A stretch of 64,000 bases of DNA, from the NCBI GenBank assembly GCA_903871855.1, contig CAIQIK010000023.1:5761-69760 (forward strand), written 5' to 3'. Origin of the DNA: an uncultured Caldisericota bacterium (GTDB lineage Bacteria; Caldisericota; Caldisericia; Cryosericales; Cryosericaceae). Positions 45,522 to 54,953 of this stretch are shown here, in pieces; position 1 is the stretch's first letter; every line of letters starts with the position of its first letter. The position numbers and the translations under genes are program-made. The notes under the pieces are model-generated. The model had not been told where the DNA came from, did not search any database, and saw only the letters and a list, made by a program, of their open reading frames with translations.

Positions 45522-45596
45522 GCGGTTGCCACCTCCCCATTCGTTGCAACTGAGAAGCTTTCCCGTATACTTGATACGTTCGTGTTCCTACCATGC

Positions 45597-45689
45597 GGAG
45601 AGGTGGCTGAGCGGCTGAAAGCACTCGCCTGGAGAGCGAGTAGGTGGGTAACCCCTGCCTCGTGGGTTCAAATCCCACCCTCTCCGCCA
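45597..45689 (+). tRNA. tRNA-Ser (anticodon GGA), CCA encoded
   Basis: Acceptor GGAGAGG / CCTCTCC. Anticodon stem CTCGC / GCGAG with loop CTGGAGA. Long variable arm. T-arm GTGGG-TTCAAAT-CCCAC. Discriminator G followed by CCA. Confidence 0.9.
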
Positions 45690-46079
45690 GTCTGGAACCG
45701 CTCACAGCTGTGTTCAAATTCTTACGTCGAATCAATCCAGGCCACCCATACACAGATATGATGCTGTCCTCTCTGACGTCGCCAAGTCGTTGTCGCACAC
45801 TCGGATGTTCCTGCTGCACGCAGGAGATCTTCTTGTCGAGAGAGGGCAACTGGATCGTCGCGACGACGTCCTGCTCCTCAAACGCGAGGAATTAGTATAG
45901 GAGGGGGATCTCAGGGCGATTACCGCTGAACGCGCAGCCGTCGTCCAGAGCAACATGACACCAACCGCGCCAAAAGTCATCATCGCCGAGTAATTCTTCC
46001 GGGCAGTCAGTGCCTGTTTGTTGCCTTCCACGCAAGAAGGCCGGGGGCATGGCTGGTCTTCTCTTCTCCTGAGAGAGAA

Positions 46080-46754
46080 TCAGTCGCGCTTGAAGGGTAG
46101 TTTAGGAACCAGGTAGTTCACGAAAGCGCCGAAGTTGCGTGTTTGCATGTAGATTGTTCCTGGCCCGGTGAGATCCACGACAAGACCTTCGCCTGAGAAC
46201 AGTGTCTGCTTGATCCCGCCGACAGGCCGTACGTGATAGCCCATCGTCGCATCGAACGCTACCATGTGGCCGGTGTCCATGACCAGCTGCTCTCCCGGAG
46301 CTAGTGTTACAGCATGGATGGCGCCATAGCTGGACATGAAAAACATGCCCACGCCGGTCACCTTGAGGACAAACAGCCCTTCTCTGGAGAAGAACGTCTG
46401 GGCCCCACCCCACTTGGTGTCGAGCTCAATCGTCGGAGACGACGCAAGAAATGAGCCTGACTGGACGAACAGGCTCTCGCCTCTCATCTCGCGGGCCGCA
46501 ATGTCACCCACCATGGTTGGAGCGAACGTCACGGCGCCAGTCCCGTCCTGAGCCGTGAACGTGTTCTGGAACATACTCTCTCCACCGACAGCGCGCTTCA
46601 GAGTGCCAAAAAGACCCCCTTTGGCCCCCGTGTCCATCCTGACATTCGGTGTCATGCTTACCATGGCGTCTGATTCGGCGACGACTGACTCAGACGGGTC
46701 GAGTTGCAGTTCGGGCAAGGAGTAGGACGGCTGATACATGATCTTGTATTGCAT
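46080..46754 (-). CDS. AIM24 / TIGR00266 family protein
   Basis: MQYKI...PSYSL.EL.L...E.V.AES.AMV.M......DT...GG... is typical of the DUF124/AIM24 family. SD AGGAGG upstream. Confidence 0.75.
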   Translation of the reverse strand: MQYKIMYQPSYSLPELQLDPSESVVAESDAMVSMTPNVRMDTGAKGGLFGTLKRAVGGESMFQNTFTAQDGTGAVTFAPTMVGDIAAREMRGESLFVQSGSFLASSPTIELDTKWGGAQTFFSREGLFVLKVTGVGMFFMSSYGAIHAVTLAPGEQLVMDTGHMVAFDATMGYHVRPVGGIKQTLFSGEGLVVDLTGPGTIYMQTRNFGAFVNYLVPKLPFKRD

Positions 46755-47029
46755 GGATACCTCCTGTCAATTGGGTGCAGCTTCACGTATGCTGTCCCTG
46801 ACTGAAGGGTATCGGGGGTCAGCTTGTTGTCAAGCGGCCTGCGGCGGGGAGACGTACAGTATAGTAAGCGCGGGAAGAGCATGAACACTGAACATCCGGC
46901 CGCGGAAAACATCAGAGCCGGACACCCACTAGATGTAGCACGACATGCGCATCTGGAGCAATTGGACCTCGTTGGAGGCCACGGACCAGGCCAGTTTCCC
47001 GGTGACCAAAACGCTTCCGTGAAAACTCG

Positions 47030-47057
47030 TTGCTGAGACTGCGTCTGACGCTACAAT
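47030..47057 (+). promoter_or_regulatory. Candidate promoter
   Basis: TTGCTG (47030-47035), 16 nt spacer, TACAAT (47052-47057), 18 nt upstream of the ATG at 47076. The SD GGAGGTGA lies between them. Confidence 0.45.
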
Positions 47058-47075
47058 GCCTGTGGAGGTGACGCC

Positions 47076-47558
47076 ATGCAGCTGGAGCTAGTAGCAGTCA
47101 CGAAGGACGAGGACCTGAACGTCATCATTGGACAGACACACTTCATCAAGAGTGTCGAGGATATCTACGAGGCAGTCGTGAATGCCGTGCCCGGCGTGAA
47201 GTTCGGGCTGGCATTCAACGAAGCATCGGGGGTCTGCCTGGTGCGGTGCGCCGGGACGGACCAGCGCCTGGTCGACCTCGCACGGGACAACGCCCTGGCC
47301 ATTGGCGCTGGACATATCTTCGTCCTGTTGCTTGGTAACGCCTTCCCCGTCAATGTCCTGAATGCTGTCAAAACCGTGCCGGAAGTCTGCAGTATCTTTG
47401 CTGCTACGGCGAACGCACTCCAGGTGATCGTTGCGGACAACGGAACCGGTCGAGGCATCTTAGGCGTCATTGACGGGGAGAAACCAAAAGGCGTCGAGAG
47501 CGAGGATGATGCAGCCGACAGAAAGGCCCTGCTGCGGCGATTTGGCTACAAGTTCTGA
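47076..47558 (+). CDS. Adenosine-specific kinase family protein (PF04008-like)
   Basis: NVIIGQTHFIKSVEDIYEAVVNAVPGVKFGLAFNEASG...GAGHIFVLLLGNAFPVNVLNAVK.VPEVC.IF.ATAN...GILGVIDG matches my recollection of this family. Confidence 0.7.
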   Translation: MQLELVAVTKDEDLNVIIGQTHFIKSVEDIYEAVVNAVPGVKFGLAFNEASGVCLVRCAGTDQRLVDLARDNALAIGAGHIFVLLLGNAFPVNVLNAVKTVPEVCSIFAATANALQVIVADNGTGRGILGVIDGEKPKGVESEDDAADRKALLRRFGYKF

Positions 47559-47660
47559 GGTAGCCCGTTACACCCGTGAAATCCACCGGCATTCTTGTTG
47601 CAGACCCCTGCCGTGTTGTCTGGCGTGCCAGGAATACAGCGGCGTGAACGCAACATCATG

Positions 47661-47993
47661 CTAGAATCCGTGGGATGTCAGGACAACAATGAGTACGATT
47701 GTCCCGATCAACCAGACTCCTGTCATCGTGCCTCCGATCACAAGAGCCTTGTGCGCCCGGCGCTTGTCGAAGTCAGCCCCCCCGACAAGTTCGAACATGT
47801 CTTGCGCCTCGCGCGCAAACAGGACTGCAAGAAGACCGAGGACAATGCCCGCCACCGGTGCGAACAGAGACGCGACAGCGAAGTGCCACGCGAGTGTCGA
47901 CAGCTCGGATTGACGTCGCATGACGCTGTTCAGACGTATATGCGCGGGATCGAAGAACGTGTCGAGAACATGATCATGAGGGGTGTCTGCCAT
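47661..47993 (-). CDS. Small membrane protein (DUF4190-like, 2 TM)
   Basis: ORF 47661..48116 with two hydrophobic helices in the C-terminal 85 aa. The start is uncertain (48116, 47993 or 47921); none has a good SD. Confidence 0.45.
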   Translation of the reverse strand: MADTPHDHVLDTFFDPAHIRLNSVMRRQSELSTLAWHFAVASLFAPVAGIVLGLLAVLFAREAQDMFELVGGADFDKRRAHKALVIGGTMTGVWLIGTIVLIVVLTSHGF

Positions 47994-48208
47994 CGTGGCT
48001 CTCGGCACAGCAGAATCCTTCTTGCTCGACCCGGCGACCGGCGCTCCGACGGAAGGCTGATCGTGGTGTCTGTTTCTGTGTCTTCTCACCCTCATATTTG
48101 TATCATAGCAAATCATGGTGCAGAGTAAAGCAGCGTGTTGCAGATAGCATCATGACAGCTAGCCGCCGCACCATGTGGCGAGAGTCAAAACGCAGATTGC
48201 CGGCGCGG

Positions 48209-48670
48209 TCAGACGACCTCGCCGGTTTCCTCGCCTGTGCCGCGGATAATATGATACTTGTGAACCAGGACAACACCTGGCGTCAATGTCCCACCGACGG
48301 AGCAGTACTTCTCAGTGGACAGTCGGATCGCCTTGACAACATCGTCTGTAAGCATACTGTCGCTCGTCAGGTAATAGTCGACGTAGATGCGGGTGAACCG
48401 ATGAGGATACTCCTCCGCTCGTTCGCCGGACAACTCGACGCGGAAGTCTGCATACGGCTCTTTCATCTTGGCGAGGATCGACACGACGTCCATCCCCGTA
48501 CATCCACCAAGCGCCATCAGGAGCAGTTCCATGGGGTTGGACCCGGCCCCGTGACCGCCACCCGATTCGGACGTGTCCAGAACAACCCAGTGATTAGACG
48601 GACCACGCGCCACAAATGTGAGTCCTTCAGTCTGACGAACTTCGGCGTGCATCATGTTGTCTCCGACCAT
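48209..48670 (-). CDS. OsmC family peroxiredoxin-like protein
   Basis: GAGSNPMELLLMALGGCTGMDVVSIL...LSTEKYCSV. SD AGGGGGTGG. Confidence 0.85.
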   Translation of the reverse strand: MVGDNMMHAEVRQTEGLTFVARGPSNHWVVLDTSESGGGHGAGSNPMELLLMALGGCTGMDVVSILAKMKEPYADFRVELSGERAEEYPHRFTRIYVDYYLTSDSMLTDDVVKAIRLSTEKYCSVGGTLTPGVVLVHKYHIIRGTGEETGEVV

Positions 48671-48754
48671 GGACCACCCCCTGTCGACAAGTCGGCCACC
48701 ATGGGCCGTGAGTCTTAGTGTAACCCTGCAGGCGACAGGGGCAAGAAGAGTTCT

Positions 48755-49921
48755 TCAGGAAGCCGGAAGGGACGCGTCGCGTACGACGACAGACCGCGGG
48801 TAGGAGACAGTCACACGCGTGCCAACGCCTACCGTGCTCCTGATGTCGAGGCGACCACCTTCGATCTCTACCAGATCCCTGGCGATGGGAAGACCGAGGC
48901 CCAAGCCTCCGCTCCTCCTGTTGCGCGAACGGTCGCCCCTGAAGAAGCGCTCGAACACGTGAGTCAGATCCTCTTTGGGGATTCCGGACCCGGTATCCTC
49001 GACAACGATGCTGACCCGGTGCGACTCGTCGACTGCGCTGGAGAGAGTCACGGAGCGTCCCGACGGCGTTGCAGTGATAGCATTGCTCAGCAGATTGGCC
49101 ACTGCCCTGTCCAGAAGCTGACGGTCGAGATGAACCTTTACGTGAGCCTCGAACTGGTGCGACAACAAGACCCCACGTGCCACGGCGATGGGAGCGAACC
49201 TTCGCCAGATGTATCCCAGCACTTCATCAACGTCGAAGTCCGATTCCTCGGGCTTGACGGCATTGTTGTCGATCTGGGCAAGTTGCCGCAATTCGTTGAT
49301 CATGATCTCGAGATTGGCCGTCTCCTGGGAAATCGCCTCTGCTGCCGAATGCAGCTCCTGAGGGTTGGAAATCAGCTCGGCATCGAGAGCTTCCATGTAG
49401 CCCTTGATGACTGTCACGGGAGTGCGAAGCTCGTGAGAAAGGTTGGAGAACAGCTCCTGCTCCACTTCATCACGACACTTCAGCTCATGCGCCATGTGAT
49501 TGAGCGAGTCGGACAACTCGGCAAACTCACGCAGTCCCTGGTTGTTTGAGATCTGCGCGTCGTAGTCGCCATGGCCGATGCGATCGGCGAAGCTGGCAAA
49601 CCCCGAGATAGGCTGAGAGAAGCGACGCGTGAACCAGCTTGCCACGCCGAGTGCGATCAGCATGACGGCACATCCGCCGATCCACACCGAAAGACGCATC
49701 ATGTCATGGAATTTGAGATACGTAGTGGTCAGCAGGTAGCTGTCCGGCTCGATGACCATCGACTTGATGCCGAAGGGTGATCCATACCCACCGGCAAGGA
49801 ACGTTCTAAATGCCCGGATGAAGAAGGCGTCCGCCACCGAGATCGACAGCACAATGACCAGCACGAGAAGTGCCGCATAGCTGAGGATCAGCCTGGTATA
49901 GAAACTGGACGTCCTCTTCAA
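48755..49921 (-). CDS. Sensor histidine kinase (2 TM, HAMP, HisKA, HATPase)
   Basis: H-box FSNLSHELRTPVT, N-box LSNAI, G-boxes EDTGSGIP and GGLGLGLPI. Apparent TTG start 7 nt after the regulator stop. Confidence 0.85.
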   Translation of the reverse strand: MKRTSSFYTRLILSYAALLVLVIVLSISVADAFFIRAFRTFLAGGYGSPFGIKSMVIEPDSYLLTTTYLKFHDMMRLSVWIGGCAVMLIALGVASWFTRRFSQPISGFASFADRIGHGDYDAQISNNQGLREFAELSDSLNHMAHELKCRDEVEQELFSNLSHELRTPVTVIKGYMEALDAELISNPQELHSAAEAISQETANLEIMINELRQLAQIDNNAVKPEESDFDVDEVLGYIWRRFAPIAVARGVLLSHQFEAHVKVHLDRQLLDRAVANLLSNAITATPSGRSVTLSSAVDESHRVSIVVEDTGSGIPKEDLTHVFERFFRGDRSRNRRSGGLGLGLPIARDLVEIEGGRLDIRSTVGVGTRVTVSYPRSVVVRDASLPAS

Positions 49922-49930
49922 CAGGCCACG

Positions 49931-50623
49931 TTACACCAGGATGCGGTATCCGACGCCGTAGATGGACTCGATGTAGGTCGGGTTCCCGGGGTCGTCCTGG
50001 ATCTTCTTGCGGATATTCTTGATGTAAGCGTCAATGGTACGGTCGAAGACCTCGTCATCGCTGCCGCCGTAGATCTCCTTGATGAGGCTGGAACGCGAGA
50101 CAGGTTCGCCATTGGCCTTGACCAGCAGCGTGAACACCTCGAATTCCTTTGGGGTGAGCATGATGTCCTTGCCTGCCTTGACAACACGGTGCTTGCCTGG
50201 ATAGACGACGATGTCCTTGAAGACCAGCTTCTCCACAGGGGCCGTGTCAGCCAGACGCTCCCAGTCATACCGCCTCAGCGCCGCTTTGATGCGGGCCATG
50301 AGTTCGCGTGGGCTGAAGGGCTTGGTCACGTAGTCATCTGCGCCGATCTCCAGACCTTCCAGCTTCTGGATCTCATCACTCTTGGCAGTTACCATGATGA
50401 TCGGCACGGTCGACTTCTTGCGGATCTCGCGGCAGACCTCCTCACCGCTCAGCTCAGGCAGCATGAGGTCCAGGATCACAAGGTCGGGTTTCTGTTCGTC
50501 GAACAGGCGCAACGCCTCACGCCCGGTCGCAGCCAGAACGGGTTCATAGCCTTCCTTTTGCAGATAGAGCTTCTCGAGCGTGCGGATGTTCTCTTCATCT
50601 TCGACTACTAGTATCTTCTTCAT
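49931..50623 (-). CDS. OmpR/PhoB-family response regulator
   Basis: MKKILVVEDE...DLVILDLMLP...KP, plus a winged-helix C-terminus LTPKEFEVFTLL...VYGVGYR. Confidence 0.9.
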   Translation of the reverse strand: MKKILVVEDEENIRTLEKLYLQKEGYEPVLAATGREALRLFDEQKPDLVILDLMLPELSGEEVCREIRKKSTVPIIMVTAKSDEIQKLEGLEIGADDYVTKPFSPRELMARIKAALRRYDWERLADTAPVEKLVFKDIVVYPGKHRVVKAGKDIMLTPKEFEVFTLLVKANGEPVSRSSLIKEIYGGSDDEVFDRTIDAYIKNIRKKIQDDPGNPTYIESIYGVGYRILV

Positions 50624-50818
50624 GGCTGTATTCTACCCTCGATGGATGATTGTGTTGCCGTCGTGTGTGAACAGACAGTGAACCGCAAGTCAGCATGAAT
50701 AGCACATGTGGTTCAGTCACACCAAGAAGTGGCATTCGACCGGATTCCGGTTCCCAATTGTGAAGAACATGAAATCATACTACCATCCTGCCGCAGGTAT
50801 GCAACACCGGCAACGTGG

Positions 50819-50852
50819 TTTCGCCCCGCCGAGATTCGTCGACGGGGCGAAA
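50819..50852 (-). terminator. Hairpin downstream of the SIMPL gene
   Basis: Perfect 10-bp stem TTTCGCCCCG (50819-50828) / CGGGGCGAAA (50843-50852). No clear U-tract on the minus strand. Confidence 0.4.
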
Positions 50853-50879
50853 GAAACAGATACTGTTCGAGAAGAACGT

Positions 50880-51593
50880 TCAGTCGAGCTCGAAACTAAC
50901 CGAGACCGAGACCGACAGAACGTTGGTACCGGTTTCCACAGGGACGTAACCTGCATTGCCCCCGAGTCCTTCTGCACCACCATAGACCACGGAAGGCCCG
51001 GACCAGTCTGCCGCTATCGAAACAACGTCACCCAAGGTATGAGTCGTGCCTTCCAGCGTCCCCAGGGCTTTCGCCCGCGCGTTTGCCACGGCCTCCTTCA
51101 TCAGCCCTGCCTTCAGCTCCTCACGATTGCTGATATCGAAGCTGATACTGTTGAAGATGTTTGCCCCGGCCTTCGACGCTGCGTCGATGACGGCCGAAAC
51201 GAGTTCCGGCTTGACGCGGACGGTCACAGTATTGCTGACCCGCCACCCTGTCGGTATGGACTGTCCTTTCACATTTGAGTAGTCGAAGTTCTGGTTAACG
51301 TAGAAACTGCTGGTCTGGATATCTTCGCTCTTGACGCCGGCAGCCTTCAAGGCAGCGAGGATGTTGTTCATGACGGTCGAGTTATCCTGCTGAGCCTTCT
51401 GCACTTCCGGGGCGTCTGTTTGGACACCTAGATCCAGATCGGCGGTATCTGGTACAAACGACTTCTGGGCCGTGCCAGTGGCGGCAACAACCCTGAGCTG
51501 GCGTGCGGGGCGTGCGATGCCCAGCGCAAGCGTCGCTGCAGAACAGGCGACCGCGACGACCAGCAAACCAACGATGAGTCCCTCATGCTTCAT
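50880..51593 (-). CDS. SIMPL (DUF541) domain protein, membrane-anchored or secreted
   Basis: ATG 51593 follows GAGGAG. An N-terminal hydrophobic segment, then ...GWRVSNTVTVRVK...IDAASKAGAN.....F.ISN.EELK...EAVANARAKA. Confidence 0.8.
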   Translation of the reverse strand: MKHEGLIVGLLVVAVACSAATLALGIARPARQLRVVAATGTAQKSFVPDTADLDLGVQTDAPEVQKAQQDNSTVMNNILAALKAAGVKSEDIQTSSFYVNQNFDYSNVKGQSIPTGWRVSNTVTVRVKPELVSAVIDAASKAGANIFNSISFDISNREELKAGLMKEAVANARAKALGTLEGTTHTLGDVVSIAADWSGPSVVYGGAEGLGGNAGYVPVETGTNVLSVSVSVSFELD

Positions 51594-51626
51594 GATGCAC
51601 ACTCCTCTGATTGATCAATACTGGAT

Positions 51627-54600
51627 TCATGGCTTCGGATAGGTGATGTCGATACCCTGAGTGGGAGCATTCCACACCACATCTGCGTTGAATGCCTCCG
51701 AGATGAAACGGATTGGAACCATCGTCGTACCCTTGATGATGGAGGGTAGACCCTGAAGCACGATCTTCTTTCCATTCACCGACGCATAGTTGGATCCCAC
51801 CTGAAGGTAGATGGTCGTGGACGCCAACTGAAGTCGGACGATCGTGAACACAGGTTCCCACTCCACTGTCGCCCCAAATGCCTCTCCGATGAACCGGAGT
51901 GGGACCATGACGACACCCTTGACATTAACGGGAGCAGCCTGAAGCGTCTTGGCTGCGTCGTTGATCATTGCAGTCTTATTGCCAACCTGCAGCCGAATAA
52001 GCGTACGCGCTACATAGGTGACAGGGATGTTGGCCTTCGCAACGTTCCCTGCCGCATCTGTCGCTGTTACGTCGACGACGTTCAGCCCTTCCTTCGGAAA
52101 CATGTACATGATGCTGAACGAACCGTCCGCTGCCACGCTCACCTGTGTGCCTGCGACAGTTACGGTCGCGCCAGCCTCGGTCTTGCCACTGACTGCTACC
52201 TGCTGTGTCATCACCGTCGCGTAGACCTTCGGTGACGTCACGGTGAGCACGGGCGGCTTGGTGTCGAGGGTCACGTTCAAACGTGCCTGGCCGACGTTAC
52301 CTGCAACATCTGTGGCAACAATCTGAATAGCGTTTGCGCCTTCGCTGAGTGAAACAGAACCACCAAACTCTCCAGTTGGTTGTACGGCGACTGACGCGCC
52401 ATTGATGCTCACGGACGCTCCGGCTTCGGTACGGCCGGTAATGGCGAGGGCTCCCGTTGATGTGACGGTACCTTCCTGTGGACTCAGAATCGTCACAACA
52501 GGAGCGGTTGTATCGACCTTGAACGTCAGCTGCTGTGCCTGTTCCTGGTTGTTCTGCGAGTCCTTGGCATAGTACGTGAAGGTCACTGTGCCATCGGGGA
52601 TCTGCACTGGTCCGCCGTACAGCGTGTCAGCCCCTGTGTTAATACGGTAGTAGATGGAGACTGGGTATCCCGACGGGCTGCTGGCTGTTATGGAGACTAC
52701 AGGACGCGTCCTGTAGTACCCGTTCAGACCATCCGGCGCAGCCGGGGCCGTCACTGCAGTGCTGGTTGGCAGGTTGACGATAGAGTACTGAGCACTGTTA
52801 ACCAGCGTCTGCTCGGCCGACGTGTACACGGTCAGTGTGTAGTTGGTAGCCGGCGTCGAGGGGTTGACGATGTTGGCAGCCACGTCGAGGACGACCGAGA
52901 CCTGTGAAGACGCCGGTACCGCGACGAGTGTTGTGATATCAACGCGCCGATTGCCGGGAGACGTGACAACGCTGAGGGCCGCCGTGCCATTAACCCGAAC
53001 ATACTGCCCAGCTATAGTCGTTGGAACACTCGTTCCACTGGGAAAAACAATATAGATGCGCCCGATTCCGGCCGTGAGCGCTCCGCCAGCTCCCACTTGG
53101 AATGCAACGGTGTACCCCGACGGCTTGCCGACGCCGCTGGTCGTCAGCGTCACTTGAGGTTGACTGATTTGTGAGGTTGTCGTGGTATATGAGATACTCC
53201 GCGTGCCGACGTCTTCAGATGTTGAGACGTCGAAGCTCAGCGTTGTCCCTATTGTCGAAGGGTTACTAATGCCAGAGGTCGCGGCGATGATGACAGTGAC
53301 CTGCTGGTAGTTGCCGACAGACATAGGCATGCGAATGGACAGTTTGCCGGAACCATCGCGACTGACCGATGATACCTGGACGCTGTTCACTGTCACGGAG
53401 AAAGCGGGTACCGACAAAGGCACAGTCATTGCCGTTGGAAGCTGGATGTAGACGTAGTCGCTCGTCGAGAGCGCCCCGGTGCTGGACGTCGTGAAGGTGA
53501 ATGTGAGTTGGGGATACGCACTCTGCGCTGTGGGGTTGGCGGCAACAGTCAAGCTGTTGATGGACGTGCCGACCAGCGTGTATTGGCTGGACGTTACCTG
53601 TGTCGTATCAAGGCTAGTGGAGACCTTCAGTGAGTAGCTGCCCGACGTCGAGGGGTTGATGATGCTCGCTGTCGTGCCAATGGCCAAGTAAACGTACTGG
53701 GTGGCGGTCGGTAGCGTCGTCGGAACCGCAATCGTGACGATGTTGTTGCTGCGCGTTGGTGTCGCCTGGACCGCCTGTCCATTGATGACAAAGCAGGAAG
53801 GGCAAAACGACCCGGACGGAAACTGCGTGCCGGCAGGGAACTCGACGCTAATTGTATCGCCGTATTTGATGCCAGTCGCGGACGAACTTGTGTAGAAGGA
53901 GATGGCAAACTGCGCGACACTGCTAGGGGTCAAAGGAGAGACACTGACGCTCTGAATGGCGACCGAACCGCCCTGAGTGGCGAAGGTGAACGACTGGGGT
54001 CCCTGGTCTCCCGTCGTCCATAGCTGTAACACATTCGACGTACTCACGGTCGTTGTGTGTCTGATCTGGAACGTGACTGGAATGACAATCTGATAAGATG
54101 CCGCGCCAGTCACTCCGGTAGGTACAGTAATGTCGACTCTTGTCCCCACAATAGAGACGAAGGTCACAGGGATCCCCGCAAACGTGAAACCCGTGTAGTT
54201 GTATGCAGGTGATGGCATAGAAGTCCCCACTGGGAACTGGACGCTTACCGTTGTTCCAGGCGCTGGCTGCGTCGATACAGAGCTCGGAGCGAACGTGATA
54301 TAGTGAGAGGCTGCACTGCCTGCTATCCAGGTATCCGAAAAATAGTACAAGTATGCCGGCTGCGTGCCACTGGTGACTGTGAATGAACCCCACCCCGAGG
54401 TCTCGCTACTGGTCGTGACGATAACATAAGCCGACCCCGCATATGCTGGATTTGTGATTCCAGATCCTGTCAGGAACCGAATCACGTGGCTCGTGGGAGA
54501 CATCGTCGCGTTGAGAGTTATGCTAACACTGTTTGACGTTGCCGTGGCGCCAGAAATGGCAATAGCACCGGCGTCAATCGTGACAAGTCCTGTCTTGGAG

Positions 54601-54833
54601 CCCGCGACAATAGTCTGCCCTGAGAACTGTACCTGAATCGTCTGAGTTGCGTACAGAGTAACCGCCGTCGTGAGTGTGAATGACATGTCAGTAACCACTG
54701 CTCCCACCGTCGGTGGTGTGACTGTAATACTCGTCACTGACACACTGCTGGCCAACGCTCGCCCTGGACTTACCGTGAGTGGTGCGACGAGCAGTGCCAC
54801 AACGATCAGCACCGTCAATATTCTCTTGATCAT
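51627..54833 (-). CDS. Large repeat-rich surface (S-layer-like) protein with C-terminal copper-amine-oxidase-N 'stalk' domain
   Basis: ATG 54833 lies 6 nt after GGAGG. Signal peptide MIKRILTVLIVVALLVAPLTVSPGRALA. About 6-7 tandem ~105-aa T/S/V-rich modules end in I.NPS..G.Y.L.V.TS. Two Ig-like modules (TAPVVTILSP..., TKPPVLTVTSP...). The C-terminus has MVPLRFIGEAFGATVEW and MVPIRFISEAFNADVVW. Confidence 0.8.
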   Translation of the reverse strand: MIKRILTVLIVVALLVAPLTVSPGRALASSVSVTSITVTPPTVGAVVTDMSFTLTTAVTLYATQTIQVQFSGQTIVAGSKTGLVTIDAGAIAISGATATSNSVSITLNATMSPTSHVIRFLTGSGITNPAYAGSAYVIVTTSSETSGWGSFTVTSGTQPAYLYYFSDTWIAGSAASHYITFAPSSVSTQPAPGTTVSVQFPVGTSMPSPAYNYTGFTFAGIPVTFVSIVGTRVDITVPTGVTGAASYQIVIPVTFQIRHTTTVSTSNVLQLWTTGDQGPQSFTFATQGGSVAIQSVSVSPLTPSSVAQFAISFYTSSSATGIKYGDTISVEFPAGTQFPSGSFCPSCFVINGQAVQATPTRSNNIVTIAVPTTLPTATQYVYLAIGTTASIINPSTSGSYSLKVSTSLDTTQVTSSQYTLVGTSINSLTVAANPTAQSAYPQLTFTFTTSSTGALSTSDYVYIQLPTAMTVPLSVPAFSVTVNSVQVSSVSRDGSGKLSIRMPMSVGNYQQVTVIIAATSGISNPSTIGTTLSFDVSTSEDVGTRSISYTTTTSQISQPQVTLTTSGVGKPSGYTVAFQVGAGGALTAGIGRIYIVFPSGTSVPTTIAGQYVRVNGTAALSVVTSPGNRRVDITTLVAVPASSQVSVVLDVAANIVNPSTPATNYTLTVYTSAEQTLVNSAQYSIVNLPTSTAVTAPAAPDGLNGYYRTRPVVSITASSPSGYPVSIYYRINTGADTLYGGPVQIPDGTVTFTYYAKDSQNNQEQAQQLTFKVDTTAPVVTILSPQEGTVTSTGALAITGRTEAGASVSINGASVAVQPTGEFGGSVSLSEGANAIQIVATDVAGNVGQARLNVTLDTKPPVLTVTSPKVYATVMTQQVAVSGKTEAGATVTVAGTQVSVAADGSFSIMYMFPKEGLNVVDVTATDAAGNVAKANIPVTYVARTLIRLQVGNKTAMINDAAKTLQAAPVNVKGVVMVPLRFIGEAFGATVEWEPVFTIVRLQLASTTIYLQVGSNYASVNGKKIVLQGLPSIIKGTTMVPIRFISEAFNADVVWNAPTQGIDITYPKP

Positions 54834-54953
54834 GAGTACCTCCGTGTATGCCAAATTGCTGCCGGCCATCGGACTAGCCGCAGACCATGAATCCTGATAT
54901 GACCACCATCTCATAAGACGTCTCTCCGAATGTGTAAGTTCCCATTTGTGTTC

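Noticed and set aside
45712-45719. GTTCAAAT downstream of tRNA-Ser, matching part of the T-loop, as a possible att-site direct repeat
   Set aside because: It is only an 8-mer and the flanking bases do not extend the match. This is compatible with chance.
45732-46031. 99-aa minus-strand ORF with an N-terminal hydrophobic stretch near the tRNA
   Set aside because: It has a GTG start with no SD, the internal ATGATG also lacks a good SD, and the C-terminal two thirds are Ser/Arg-rich shadow-like sequence.
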